64,000 bases of DNA from positions 1,516-65,515 of the forward strand of contig CAVYAC010000104.1 of assembly GCA_963766065.1 (NCBI GenBank), given 5' to 3'. Both the position numbers and the translations under genes were made by a program. The first letter of the stretch is position 1; every line of letters starts with the position of its first letter. Source of the DNA: an uncultured Verrucomicrobiae bacterium (GTDB lineage: Bacteria > Verrucomicrobiota > Verrucomicrobiia > Palsa-1439). The notes under the pieces were generated by a model, which saw only the letters and a program-made list of their open reading frames with translations, searched no databases and was not told the DNA's origin. This document shows, piece after piece, positions 31,304-40,223 of this stretch.

Positions 31304-32319
31304 AAGGGGTCAGTCATTGACTATTGACATCCTGGGCGCGGCGGTCGTACGATGGCGACATGCCCAGACGATTACGCGTCGAATTTGCTGGGGCGGTCTA
31401 TCACGTGATGGCGCGGGGGAATGAACGGCGGGAGATCTTCCGTGACGACGAGGACCGCCGCCGGTTTCTGGAAGCGCTCGGCGATAGCGTGACGCGGTTC
31501 GGCTGGCGAATCCACGCCTAGTGCTTGATGCCCAATCACTATCACGTACTGATCGGCACACCGCGGGCCAACCTGGGTCGGGGGATGGGCTGGTTGCAGA
31601 CGACGGTGACGGCGCGGTTTAATGCGCGCCATCGGCGGCGCGGGCATTTGTTCCAAGGCCGCTACAAAGCGCAATTGGTGGAGGCCGACGAGTATGCGCG
31701 GTGGTTGGTGGAGTATGTGCACCTGAATCCCGTGCGGTCGCGCCACCGAGGTGGAACAATCTCGGTCGAGAGATACCCGGAACTCAGAGACTACCGCTGG
31801 AGCAGCCATCGAGATTACACCGGGTCGCAGCGAACGAGCCCCCAATGGCTGTGTCTGGATTGGCTGGCGTATTGGGGGCGTAGCCGTCGGGAGGCCCACG
31901 CCGCGTATCGATCCGCGATCCGCCGGTGGTTTGGGCGGGTGGTGAGCGACCCGTGGCGGCAACTGCGCGGGGGGCTGGTCCTCGGCACGGAGGAATTCTA
32001 CCAGAAAGCGCGGGCACTGACCCGGCACCACGGCGGGCTGGAAGCTGCCCGATGGACTCGCACGGAGGAGGTGGCGGCCATCCGCGCGCGTGTGCGACGG
32101 CTGGTTGCGACGGAGACCGACGAGCGCGTGAAGCTGTGGGCGCGGAGACAACTTGGAGGCGAGCGGGGCGTCGCGCTGGCGCGGGAATATGGGTATGCCG
32201 ACGGCAGTGGCGTCACGCAAGCCATCAAACGACTCCAAGCCCGTGCGGCAACCGACAAAGTCGTCGCCAACAAACTGAATGAGCTGGCGAAATTGTCAAT
32301 AGTCAATGACTGGCCCCTT
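31304..32319 (+). mobile_element. REP-flanked RAYT unit, copy 1
   Basis: The 26-nt AAGGGGTCAGTCATTGACTATTGACA (31304-31329) and its inverted copy (32294-32319, one mismatch) bracket an HUH/Y1 transposase gene. Confidence 0.75.
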
Positions 32320-32379
32320 AAATCAGCAACGTCGTGCGCGTGGCCGCCGGTGCAACCGGCTACCACAGCTTTGCCATGA
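31360..32379 (+). pseudogene. RAYT / IS200-like HUH tyrosine transposase with C-terminal HTH-like extension; TAG at 31519 and lost native stop
   Basis: YHVMARGN, PNHYHVLI (HUH), GHLFQGRYKA, YVHLNPV. Copy 2 has TAC where this copy has TAG. TGA is changed to TGG at 32311, which extends the frame to 32379. Confidence 0.8.
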
Positions 32380-32930
32380 CGGTAGACGGCGGCACCAATC
32401 ACTACTGGGGTTGGGGGGACAACTACTACGGACAGGTCGGAAACGGGACCAACAGCGAAATCTCCAACACCGCGACAATTCAATACACCCCGGCCCAGGC
32501 CCAATTCTGCACCCGCTGCCAGCGTTGCGTCCAGCTCGGCACCAGCGGCATTCTTACCTCCCAGTGCAACGGCACGCTCTACTTGTACTTCAATGGCCAG
32601 ATTTTAGATTTCGGCGGCTCCACTGGTTCCTACACGGTAACGGTCAACAACGTCACCAACATGCCTGTGCCGGCTACCAGCGGAGAGAACATCGAATTAG
32701 GCTGGCCGGGTAACGGCGTCCCCTTCGGCACCGTCACCAATGGCGGCATCTACCCATATACCGCAACGGGCTACTGCGTGTATAGCGGCACCAGCGCTCA
32801 AACCGACCCGAATGGCGTGGACATCAACAGTAGCAACTTGGTGGACTGCTCCAATTTTAACTTCATAAATATGACGAACGCCGTCTGCCCCGCCCGGCAG
32901 TGTTTCTCACTCGTAGGAAAGATCCAATGA
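32320..32930 (+). pseudogene. 5'-truncated paralogue of the LamG-RCC1-lectin gene (last RCC1 repeat plus lectin-like domain)
   Basis: Homology to 29860-30465 begins immediately after the right REP of RAYT copy 1. There is no signal peptide or LamG part, and it ends in QCFSLVGKIQ. Confidence 0.8.
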
Positions 32931-33081
32931 CACCCACCTGCGCTGGAAATACCACAACGAGTCAGATCGGCAACGATTTCGTAGCGAGGGGCTTATACTG
33001 TTTCCCCTCTCAAATAATTGTCTGGTCTCTGGCTCGATTTCCTGTTATAATCCTCCTTCGGAAGCCGAAAGGAAGCACACT

Positions 33082-33717
33082 ATGAAGATTAGATCACTCC
33101 TCATTTCGTCTGTGTCTCTTGTAACACTCATATATCTCGCGGCTTCCGCTCACTCGCAAACGATCATTACGTTTGATGACCTTCCGAACTCGACTACTGG
33201 AACCTTCATCGCTAGCCCCTACCAAGGCCTGAGCTGGAGCAATTTCGGGGTTGTGAACGCGATTCTGATGTCTAATGCTTTCGGCTACTCAGTGGGCTAC
33301 GGCTACGGATTGGTGTCGCCCTCCAATGTGGCCTTCAACTGGCTGGGCAATCCCGCAGAGATCGATTCAGCGACCAGTTTTAATTTCTTCAGCGCCTATT
33401 TAACAGGCGCATGGAATAGCAACTTGAACATCGAAGTCGAGGGATTCAATGGCGCACAGGAGATATACAACACCATCGTCGTTGCCAGCGCGACAAACCC
33501 AACCTTGTTCACCTTCAACTACCTGGATATCAACCGCCTGTATTTCGACTCTTACGGTGGCGAGCCGGCTTTCGGGCCCAACAACAGCGGGAATTTCGTC
33601 ATGGACAACTTCACGTTCGAGTTCATTCCCGAACCATCGTCATTTCTGCTGGCCGCACTCGGTGGCGTATCGCTTGTTGCATTTCTCAGGCGTCGCCGGG
33701 CGAAACACAGCGACTAA
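33082..33717 (+). CDS. PEP-CTERM sorting-domain protein (paralogue 2)
   Basis: Signal peptide plus C-terminal IPEPSSFLLAALGGVSLVAFLRRRR. The stop codon overlaps the left REP of RAYT copy 2. Confidence 0.85.
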   Translation: MKIRSLLISSVSLVTLIYLAASAHSQTIITFDDLPNSTTGTFIASPYQGLSWSNFGVVNAILMSNAFGYSVGYGYGLVSPSNVAFNWLGNPAEIDSATSFNFFSAYLTGAWNSNLNIEVEGFNGAQEIYNTIVVASATNPTLFTFNYLDINRLYFDSYGGEPAFGPNNSGNFVMDNFTFEFIPEPSSFLLAALGGVSLVAFLRRRRAKHSD

Positions 33718-34731
33718 GGGGTCAGTCATTGACTATTGACATCCTGGGCGCGGCGGTCGTACGATGGCGACATGCCCAGACGATTACGCGTCGAATTTGC
33801 GGGGGCGGTGTATCACGTGATGGCGCGTGGCAACGAGCGGCGAGAGATCTTCCGTGACGACGAGGACCGCCGCCGGTTTCTGGAAGCGCTCGGCGATAGC
33901 GTGACGCGGTTCGGCTGGCGAATCCACGCCTACTGCTTGATGCCCAATCACTATCACGTACTGATCGGCACACCGCGGGCCAACCTGGGTCGGGGGATGG
34001 GCTGGTTGCAGACGACGGTGACGGCGCGGTTTAATGCGCGCCATCGGCGGCGCGGGCATTTGTTCCAAGGCCGCTACAAAGCGCAATTGGTGGAGGCCGA
34101 CGAGTATGCGCGGTGGTTGGTGGAGTATGTGCACCTGAATCCCGTGCGGTCGCGCCACCGAGGTGGAACAATCTCGGTCGAGAGATACCCGGAACTCAGA
34201 GACTACCGCTGGAGCAGCCATCGAGATTACACCGGGTCGCAGCGAATGAGCCCCCAATGGCTGTGTCTGGATTGGCTGGCGTATTGGGGGCGTAGCCGTC
34301 GGGAGGCCCACGCCGCGTATCGATCCGCGATCCGCCGGTGGTTTGGGCGGGTGGTGAGCGACCCGTGGCGGCAACTGCGCGGGGGGCTGGTCCTCGGCAC
34401 GGAGGAATTCTACCAGAAAGCGCGGGCACTGACCCGGCACCACGGCGGGCTGGAAGCTGCCCGATGGACTCGCACGGAGGAGGTGGCGGCCATCCGCGCG
34501 CGTGTGCGACGGCTGGTTGCGACGGAGACCGACAAGCGCGTGAAGCTGTGGGCGCGGATACAACTTGGAGGCGAGCGGGGCGTCGCGCTGGCGCGGGAAT
34601 ATGGGTATGCCGACGGCAGTGGCGTCACGCAAGCCATCAAACGACTCCAAGCCCGTGCGGCAACCGACAAAGTCGTCGCCAACAAACTGAATGAGCTGGC
34701 GAAATTGTCAATAGTCAATGACTGACCCCTT
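33716..34731 (+). mobile_element. REP-flanked RAYT unit, copy 2
   Basis: Left REP at 33716-33741 and perfect inverted right REP at 34706-34731. Confidence 0.8.
33772..34725 (+). CDS. RAYT / IS200-like HUH tyrosine transposase (intact copy)
   Basis: Same motifs as copy 1. The stop codon lies inside the right REP (KLSIVND*). Start taken at ATG MPRRLRVEF. Confidence 0.8.
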   Translation: MPRRLRVEFAGAVYHVMARGNERREIFRDDEDRRRFLEALGDSVTRFGWRIHAYCLMPNHYHVLIGTPRANLGRGMGWLQTTVTARFNARHRRRGHLFQGRYKAQLVEADEYARWLVEYVHLNPVRSRHRGGTISVERYPELRDYRWSSHRDYTGSQRMSPQWLCLDWLAYWGRSRREAHAAYRSAIRRWFGRVVSDPWRQLRGGLVLGTEEFYQKARALTRHHGGLEAARWTRTEEVAAIRARVRRLVATETDKRVKLWARIQLGGERGVALAREYGYADGSGVTQAIKRLQARAATDKVVANKLNELAKLSIVND

Positions 34732-34871
34732 AACCTGACGGCTTCGCATCTGACCCCAATGGCAATGGCACCAATGGCACTCCTCTGCAGTGCTCGGTCT
34801 ACGACCTCAACATCACGAATTCCGTCTGCCCCATGTGGCAATGCTTCTCACTGGTAGGCAAGATACAATGA
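34732..34871 (+). pseudogene. Remnant of a third lectin-gene paralogue (last ~45 codons)
   Basis: ...NGTPLQCSVYDLNITNSVCPMWQCFSLVGKIQ* begins directly at the right REP of RAYT copy 2. Confidence 0.7.
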
Positions 34872-35022
34872 AGAGAGGGCTTGCAGCAGCTGTTGCGATG
34901 ACTCGACACTCACAACACCTTCTGGGCGAGGAACCTCAAGCCAACCAGCCGCTTGGAATTGTCTGGCTTACAGCCAGAATTCTTGCTACAATCATCGACG
35001 GAAGGCAGAAAGGAAGTAGGCT

Positions 35023-35641
35023 ATGAGAACCAGATTGCTCGCGCTCCCGCTCGCGTGCTCCATCCTGCTCACGCTTCACGAACCCCGGCCCGCTCACAAA
35101 CCCTCGTCACCTTCGAGGACCTGTCCGCCGCACCGCCAGGTAACATCCCCAAAGGCTACGAAGGCCTAGTCTGGAGCAATCTATGGGTCTTGAATGGCAT
35201 CATTGTCGGCACAGGCATGGGTACGAACGGTTACTATTACGGGGTCGTGTCGCCTTCCAATGTGGCCTTCAACGCTGGTGGCAATCCCGCCGAGATCGAT
35301 TCGGCGACCAACTTTAATTTCTTCAGCGCCTATTTGACGGGCACCTGGAATAGCAACCTGAACATCGAGGTCGAGGGATTTAACGGCGCAAAAGAGATAT
35401 ACGATACGATAGTCGTTGCCAGCGCTACGAACGCGACCCTCTTCACTTTCAACTATCTTGACATTGATCGCCTCTATTTCGACTCTTATGGCGGCCGATC
35501 TCCGGTTTTACTGACGGAGGCGGCGTGATTTTCGTCATGGACAATTTCATGTTCGAGTTCATCCCCGAGCCGTCCACGCTTCTGCTGGCCGCACTCGGTG
35601 GCATCTCCCTCGTCGCCTTCCTCCGACGCAAGCGCATGTAA
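35023..35641 (+). pseudogene. PEP-CTERM sorting-domain protein (paralogue 3), at least 2 frameshifts
   Basis: The signal peptide MRTRLLALPLACSILL, the core (ORF 34953..35528) and the tail FMFEFIPEPSTLLLAALGGISLVAFLRRKRM lie in three frames. The shifts fall near 35085 and 35495. Confidence 0.75.
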
Positions 35642-35729
35642 AATCGTAAGATCACATGTCCGCGCCGGTGGCCGCTTTCTCCGGGATTGACCCTCGCGGA
35701 AGCTTTCCCCTACAGTGCCGACTGACGCA

Positions 35730-35790
35730 AAGGGGTCAGTCATTGACTATTGACAGTCAGCGCAAAGGGGTCAGTCATTGACTATTGACA
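35730..35790 (+). repeat. Two tandem solo REP copies (35730-35755 and 35765-35790)
   Basis: Exact copies of the 26-nt REP in left-end orientation within a 35-nt tandem unit, downstream of PEP-CTERM paralogue 3. Confidence 0.85.
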
Positions 35791-35976
35791 GTGTCGCTGG
35801 GATCGGGGTGATGATGGCGGATGGCGCGCCGTCGTCAGGCCTTGCGCAATTCCACCTGCCTGTGAATGTCGGGGGCAACGCCGGTCGGGATGCCCGCCGG
35901 TTTCCAGCCGATAACAAACCGGGCCGGCGATTTGCTGTTGCTGCCGCTTTCCAGCGCGTGCTACCGTCGCCCCGTC

Positions 35977-37096
35977 ATGGACGCGCCAGGCAATGTGCCC
36001 GACTCGATCAATTGCCATTCGTGCGGGGCGATTGTCAACCTCACCGGCCAGACCGGCTTCACTCACATCGAGTGCCAGCGCTGCGGGGCGCCCTCCGTTG
36101 TTCCTCTGAAATTTGGTGATTTCCTGCTGCTCAACGTGATCGGCACCGGTGGCACCGGCACGGTCTACAAAGCCATCGAACGTCCCGCTCAACCGTTACC
36201 TCGCCCTCAAGGTCCTGCGCCCGAACCTCGCCTCCGATGCCGCGTTCGTCGCCAGGTTCTCCGGCGAGGCGCGCGCCACCGCCACCGTCAATCACCCCAA
36301 TATCGCCCAGGTCTATTCCTTTGGCGAGATTGACCACTGGTACTACACGGCCATGGAGCTTTGCGACCAGGGAAGCCTCGACAGCCAGATTACCCGAGTC
36401 GGACGTCTCCCCGAGCCCGACGTGCTGTCCCTTGGCCTCCAGATCGCCTCCGCCCTGCGTGCCGCGTGGCAGCATGGCGTGCTCCATCGCGACGTGAAAC
36501 CCGGCAATATCCTGTTCAACGAGGATGGCGTTCCCAAACTCGTCGATTTCAGCCTGGCCAGCGCCCCGGAGAGCAATCTTGAAGGAAGCCAGACGCCGGA
36601 TGCCGAACAAATCTGGGGCACCCCCTACTACGTGGCGCCGGAGAAACTCCGCGGCAAACCCGACGACGAGCGCAGCGACATTTATTCCCTCGGCGCGACG
36701 CTGTTCCATGCACTGACGGGCCGACCGCCAGTGAACCCGGCGTCCGCCACCGACGCGGCCGCCAAACATCCCGTGGACCCGGCTGCCGCCCTCGCGATGG
36801 ACGCCCCGGCGGCCCAACCGCGCACCATCCGGATAATCACCCGCATGCTCGCGCAAGACCCCGCCGAGCGATATGGGGCATACGATGAAATCATCCAGGA
36901 CCTCATGGAGGCCCGGGATTCCCTGAACCAGCAGCGTGTCACGCCGATCGCAGCTTCCGGACACAGGCGGTTCGCCCCGTTGTACCTGCTGGGCACGCTG
37001 ATCCTCTGCGCCGCGGTTGTTTGGTTCGTGTGGAAATACGGCGTGGTTGTGTTGCAAACCGCCCGACCGCCGGCCCCCGTCCACGCCACGCCGTAA
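35977..37096 (+). pseudogene. Ser/Thr protein kinase with N-terminal zinc ribbon and C-terminal TM anchor, frameshifted near 36176-36192
   Basis: CHSCG...CQRCG; GTGGTGTVYKA in one frame; then LALKVL, HRDVKPGNIL, DFSLA and GTPYYVAPE in ORF 36149..37096. Confidence 0.8.
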
Positions 37097-37119
37097 GGCG
37101 GGGAATCAGGCCCCACGTG

Positions 37120-37521
37120 TCACTGCGTAACACTGGGGGCGTTGACGATGATCTGGTTGACCACGGATTTGACGCCCTTGACGGAGCGCGCGGCGGCTTC
37201 TGCGCGCCACGCCCCGGCCTGAGTAACCGCCATTCCGCGCAAGGTGACGTGGCCGCTATCCACCTCGACGATTATGCCCGCGGCCGTGGTGGGGTCGGTA
37301 TTCACCAACCGTCGGATTTGAATGCCAATCCAGTCGTCGGTGGGTTGGTCGCCGGATTGAGTGTCCGATGCCGGCGGCACGGGCGCGGTAACCGGTTGCC
37401 CCGGCGCCTGCATCGCGGGTTGCGGCTCGACCGTTACGGATGGCTTTATGGGAGTGCAACCACTGAAAAACGCCAGCGTTGCTGTGACGATGACCGAACG
37501 AAACAGAAACCGCACTCGCAT
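37120..37521 (-). CDS. BON-domain lipoprotein
   Basis: Lipobox LAFFSGC and a C-terminal BON-like stretch (VEVDSGHVTLRGMAV...VKGVKSVVNQI). Confidence 0.7.
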   Translation of the reverse strand: MRVRFLFRSVIVTATLAFFSGCTPIKPSVTVEPQPAMQAPGQPVTAPVPPASDTQSGDQPTDDWIGIQIRRLVNTDPTTAAGIIVEVDSGHVTLRGMAVTQAGAWRAEAAARSVKGVKSVVNQIIVNAPSVTQ

Positions 37522-37628
37522 AGGACCTCCTGCATTTCTTGCCCCACCCTAGCACAGCCGGTCCGGCGCGTGTAGAGATTTCTTGCGGGAAAACAACAGT
37601 CGCGATGGCGTGGGAACCAGTCAAAAAT

Positions 37629-37659
37629 TGGTGCCCGGGACAGGACTTGAACCTGCACA
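37629..37659 (-). repeat. 3' fragment of a tRNA-Leu gene (acceptor 3' strand plus T-arm); direct repeat of 49977-50007
   Basis: TGGTGCcCGGGACAGGACTTGAACCTGCAC compared with TGGTGCgCGGGACAGGACTTGAACCTGCAC. No matching 5' acceptor strand was found nearby. Confidence 0.75.
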
Positions 37660-37676
37660 GAACTGGTTGCTGTTGC

Positions 37677-38207
37677 TCATTCCTTCACCCAACCGGTCCG
37701 CCTGCCGACAAGCCGAACATCCGAAATACTGTAGCCGCCACGCCCGCCCACATTTCGCTCATGCCGACCAACTTCGCACTCCCCGAACAACAACCATAGC
37801 GAACCGTTCAGGATGGCTCCCCGCTTTGGACGATTGCCCCGATTGCGTGAGAAAGCTCTACCCGGATCTGAAGCGTCCGTACTCATAGAGACCCCTCAAA
37901 GGCAACAGCCAGGACCTCTTTACGGCCCGGCCTTCTCGAAGCTCCGCCGACACGGATGGCGGCAAAAGACGCTGAAACCAACGCGTACTGCATACCCGCA
38001 AGCGCCGGGGTTTTCCGTCAGGCAATGTGAAATGTCGAGTGCATGCCCTCGATACCTTGTCCAACATTCCTTGGTATCCGGAACGGCCCGTTGCGTGTTG
38101 ACCGTGTTGTCGGTCATAACCCCAGACAGAGCATGGAACCTGCCAGCCCAAATGTCCGAAGGACAACCGACGTATCTGCTGATTCTAAGATAGGGTATAC
38201 AAGACAA
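37677..38207 (-). pseudogene. Decayed tyrosine recombinase (integrase) remnant
   Basis: Across two minus frames: LRISRYVGCPSDIW (box I, cf. GLRISE..LRWSDI), FCRHPCRRSF (HxxR) and LLFGECEVGRHERNV (cf. LLGHSSV..TERY, Tyr replaced). No intact ORF. Confidence 0.4.
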
Positions 38208-38305
38208 ATTCTTGTGCCCCAGTCTCGCCCCGGGGAGAGGCAGTAGCGGGCATTTGGGAAACGTTCCTTGGGTTTCGCGCGGACGATGCTGCGGGGCAAA
38301 TCTTT

Positions 38306-38611
38306 TTAAGGCTGATTCAACCAGGCAATAATGGCGGTTGAATCTTTGCCGAAACAGGTTTTGATTGCCTGCGCCATCTTTGCCTTGTCGGAACCTGCAT
38401 CGCCCCAGGTGGCTTTCAACTGCGACAACCAGAAGATTTGGCTACACAGGCGATGATGTTCGCAGCATTCACAACAGATCTGCCCGATCGCAACGGGGTG
38501 GCCAAGCGCTCGACACAACGCTGCTTTAGCGGTGATCTCGGCATCACCAGACACAACAGTAGCAACCGTGACGAGCCCAGCGGCGACCTTACGCTTGAGC
38601 TTACTTTTCAT
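38306..38611 (-). CDS. Small HTH-like, Cys-rich protein sharing a C-terminal motif with 39140..39667
   Basis: ITAKAALCRALGHP (HTH-like), CCECCEHHRLC, and tail FWLSQLKATW...DSTAIIAWLN. Confidence 0.45.
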   Translation of the reverse strand: MKSKLKRKVAAGLVTVATVVSGDAEITAKAALCRALGHPVAIGQICCECCEHHRLCSQIFWLSQLKATWGDAGSDKAKMAQAIKTCFGKDSTAIIAWLNQP

Positions 38612-39139
38612 GCGGCCTGCGTACCATGTAAGCTATCATGAACCGACGCAGAATCAAGTGGAGCCACTTGTCTTTCATGGAATAACAACATGACCAAGTC
38701 CGGCCCGAGCAATTCCACCACAAGCAGCGAGATCCGGTGGGGAAAGCTGTCGGGAACGGGCGGCGTAATCAACGTCTGTTTCATAACACCAGACGCTAAT
38801 GGCATTCATGGAGAACCGGAAATTACTAGATTCCCTATTTCCGACCGGGAAATCACCCTACTATTCTGCATCTTTGCCAACCGATGAAAATCCGTGCCGC
38901 CCTATTTCCCGCCGCCAAAGTTGCCAGGAAACGATCGGTTGCTATTCCCAAGATCAGGCTTACCTGCAGTGGAGAGTCGAGCGACCCTCTCACCAGAACA
39001 ACTGAATCCGGTATGCCAACCGACTCAGCAGATTCTCCCCAGGACAATCAATCCCAGCGCCCCATCGAGTTCCCGGTAAGCCAATAGCCCGGCATCGGAC
39101 GTGAACTTGACACCGTGTAACCCTCACTTCAAACGACCG

Positions 39140-39667
39140 TCAAGAATCAGCCGCAGATCCTGCTGGTTGGCTTCCCCCATTGGATTCTCCGCCTTTCGTC
39201 GCCTCAACATCGACCCCAGCCATTGGTCGTGTGGCGGCCTTACAGATCACCGGCTTCGACGTGCGGAGCGAATCCGGACAAGCTGGATTGTTGCCATTGA
39301 GCCAGGCAACGATCGCGTCGGCATTGTCCGGGAACAAGACACGGATCGACAATTCCAATTCAGATCGATTGTTGCGGCGCCGCCAGCGCCGCTTCAGACT
39401 ATTCCACCACAACGGATCGGCCCCGCCGTACTTACCTGCGGCACCCTTGGCCAGCCATGACGGCGGGCCGCCCAGCAACTCGTCACACGGGATGCCCAAA
39501 TGAAAGGACAACCACCGGACAGTTTTGTCACGGGGAGGTTTGACAAGATTGCAATAGTAATGGAGCGACGGCTGCCGAATCTGGAGCAGCTCCGCTGCCG
39601 CAGTCTGTGAAACCCCCCGTCTTTCGAGCGCCTGCCGTAGATTTTTACCAAACACGGGCAAAAACAA
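39140..39667 (-). CDS. XRE-family HTH protein with C-terminal AIVAWLN domain
   Basis: NLRQALERRGVSQTAAAELLQIRQPSLHYY (HTH_3-like), followed by WWNSLKRRW...DNADAIVAWLN. Confidence 0.6.
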   Translation of the reverse strand: MFLPVFGKNLRQALERRGVSQTAAAELLQIRQPSLHYYCNLVKPPRDKTVRWLSFHLGIPCDELLGGPPSWLAKGAAGKYGGADPLWWNSLKRRWRRRNNRSELELSIRVLFPDNADAIVAWLNGNNPACPDSLRTSKPVICKAATRPMAGVDVEATKGGESNGGSQPAGSAADS

Positions 39668-39696
39668 GGTTTATCTATAAATTATTGGTCTCGGGC

Positions 39697-39710
39697 ATAG
39701 AAAATTCTAT
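39697..39710. promoter_or_regulatory. Palindrome ATAGAA-AA-TTCTAT in the divergent XRE / kinase-operon intergenic region
   Basis: AT-rich 128-nt spacer between divergent genes, with 6-nt perfect arms. Confidence 0.25.
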
Positions 39711-39795
39711 ACAAGAGCCCCGGTCACAAATGCAAAGTCAATTTCTGTATCCTAACCCGCCGCGTACGGCAAGCAGAAAACGGAAGGAGACGAGA

Positions 39796-40191
39796 ATGAA
39801 CAACGAAAACCTCGGGATTGGAGATGCGACCGAGAAACTCATTTGCGCTTTGCGGGAGGAATTGCTCGAACACGGGGAAATGCTTGCGCTCTTGGACGAA
39901 CAGCCGAGATCAGGGAGTGGGCACAGCCGCTCCGGCGTGACGGATTGGTTAATCGCGATTCATAAGCAGGCGGCCATCATACGGGTCGCCCGCACTGTGC
40001 GCGAACAACAGCGGCGGGAACTGGCTGGATTCTTCTGTGCGCGGGCTGAGGCCGGTTTTGCCGAGCTGTCGCGAATGTTATCCGAGGGAAGACGGAATCT
40101 CGTGAGCGCTTTGCTGGAAGAAATCGCCTTGTGTTGGGTCCGCGTGCTCCGGGGGCTGGTTGCGGCGAACGTGAGCGACGTTATTCACTAG
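39796..40191 (+). CDS. Hypothetical helical protein (FlgN-like?) upstream of the hybrid kinase
   Basis: Good RBS (GGAAGGAG-N6-ATG). LICALREELLEHGEMLALLDEQ resembles FlgN-type chaperones, but the support is weak. Confidence 0.45.
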   Translation: MNNENLGIGDATEKLICALREELLEHGEMLALLDEQPRSGSGHSRSGVTDWLIAIHKQAAIIRVARTVREQQRRELAGFFCARAEAGFAELSRMLSEGRRNLVSALLEEIALCWVRVLRGLVAANVSDVIH

Positions 40192-40223
40192 CAACGAACC
40201 GAGGTCCTACCGAGCACCAAGAG

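Noticed and set aside
29860-34871. A diversity-generating retroelement acting on the three lectin-like C-terminal copies (template and variable repeats).
   Set aside because: There is no reverse transcriptase anywhere in the window. Hand alignment of copies 1 and 2 shows substitutions of all types plus indels, not adenine-specific differences. The copies look like ordinary diverged paralogues.
31304-35790. A simple recent 2.4 kb tandem duplication as the explanation for the cassette array.
   Set aside because: The RAYT units are nearly identical, but the PEP-CTERM and lectin segments between them are substantially diverged, with many amino-acid changes and indels. The units are therefore not copies of a single recent duplication.
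37629-37720. The tRNA-like 3' end at 37.6 kb as a complete tRNA, an intron-split tRNA-Leu or a tmRNA.
   Set aside because: The reverse complement lacks a 5' acceptor strand (GCCCGGG) within several hundred nt, and it lacks D and anticodon arms. The acceptor has no G3:U70 pair and no GGGG 5' end as expected of tmRNA. Only the last 31 nt match the tRNA at 50 kb.
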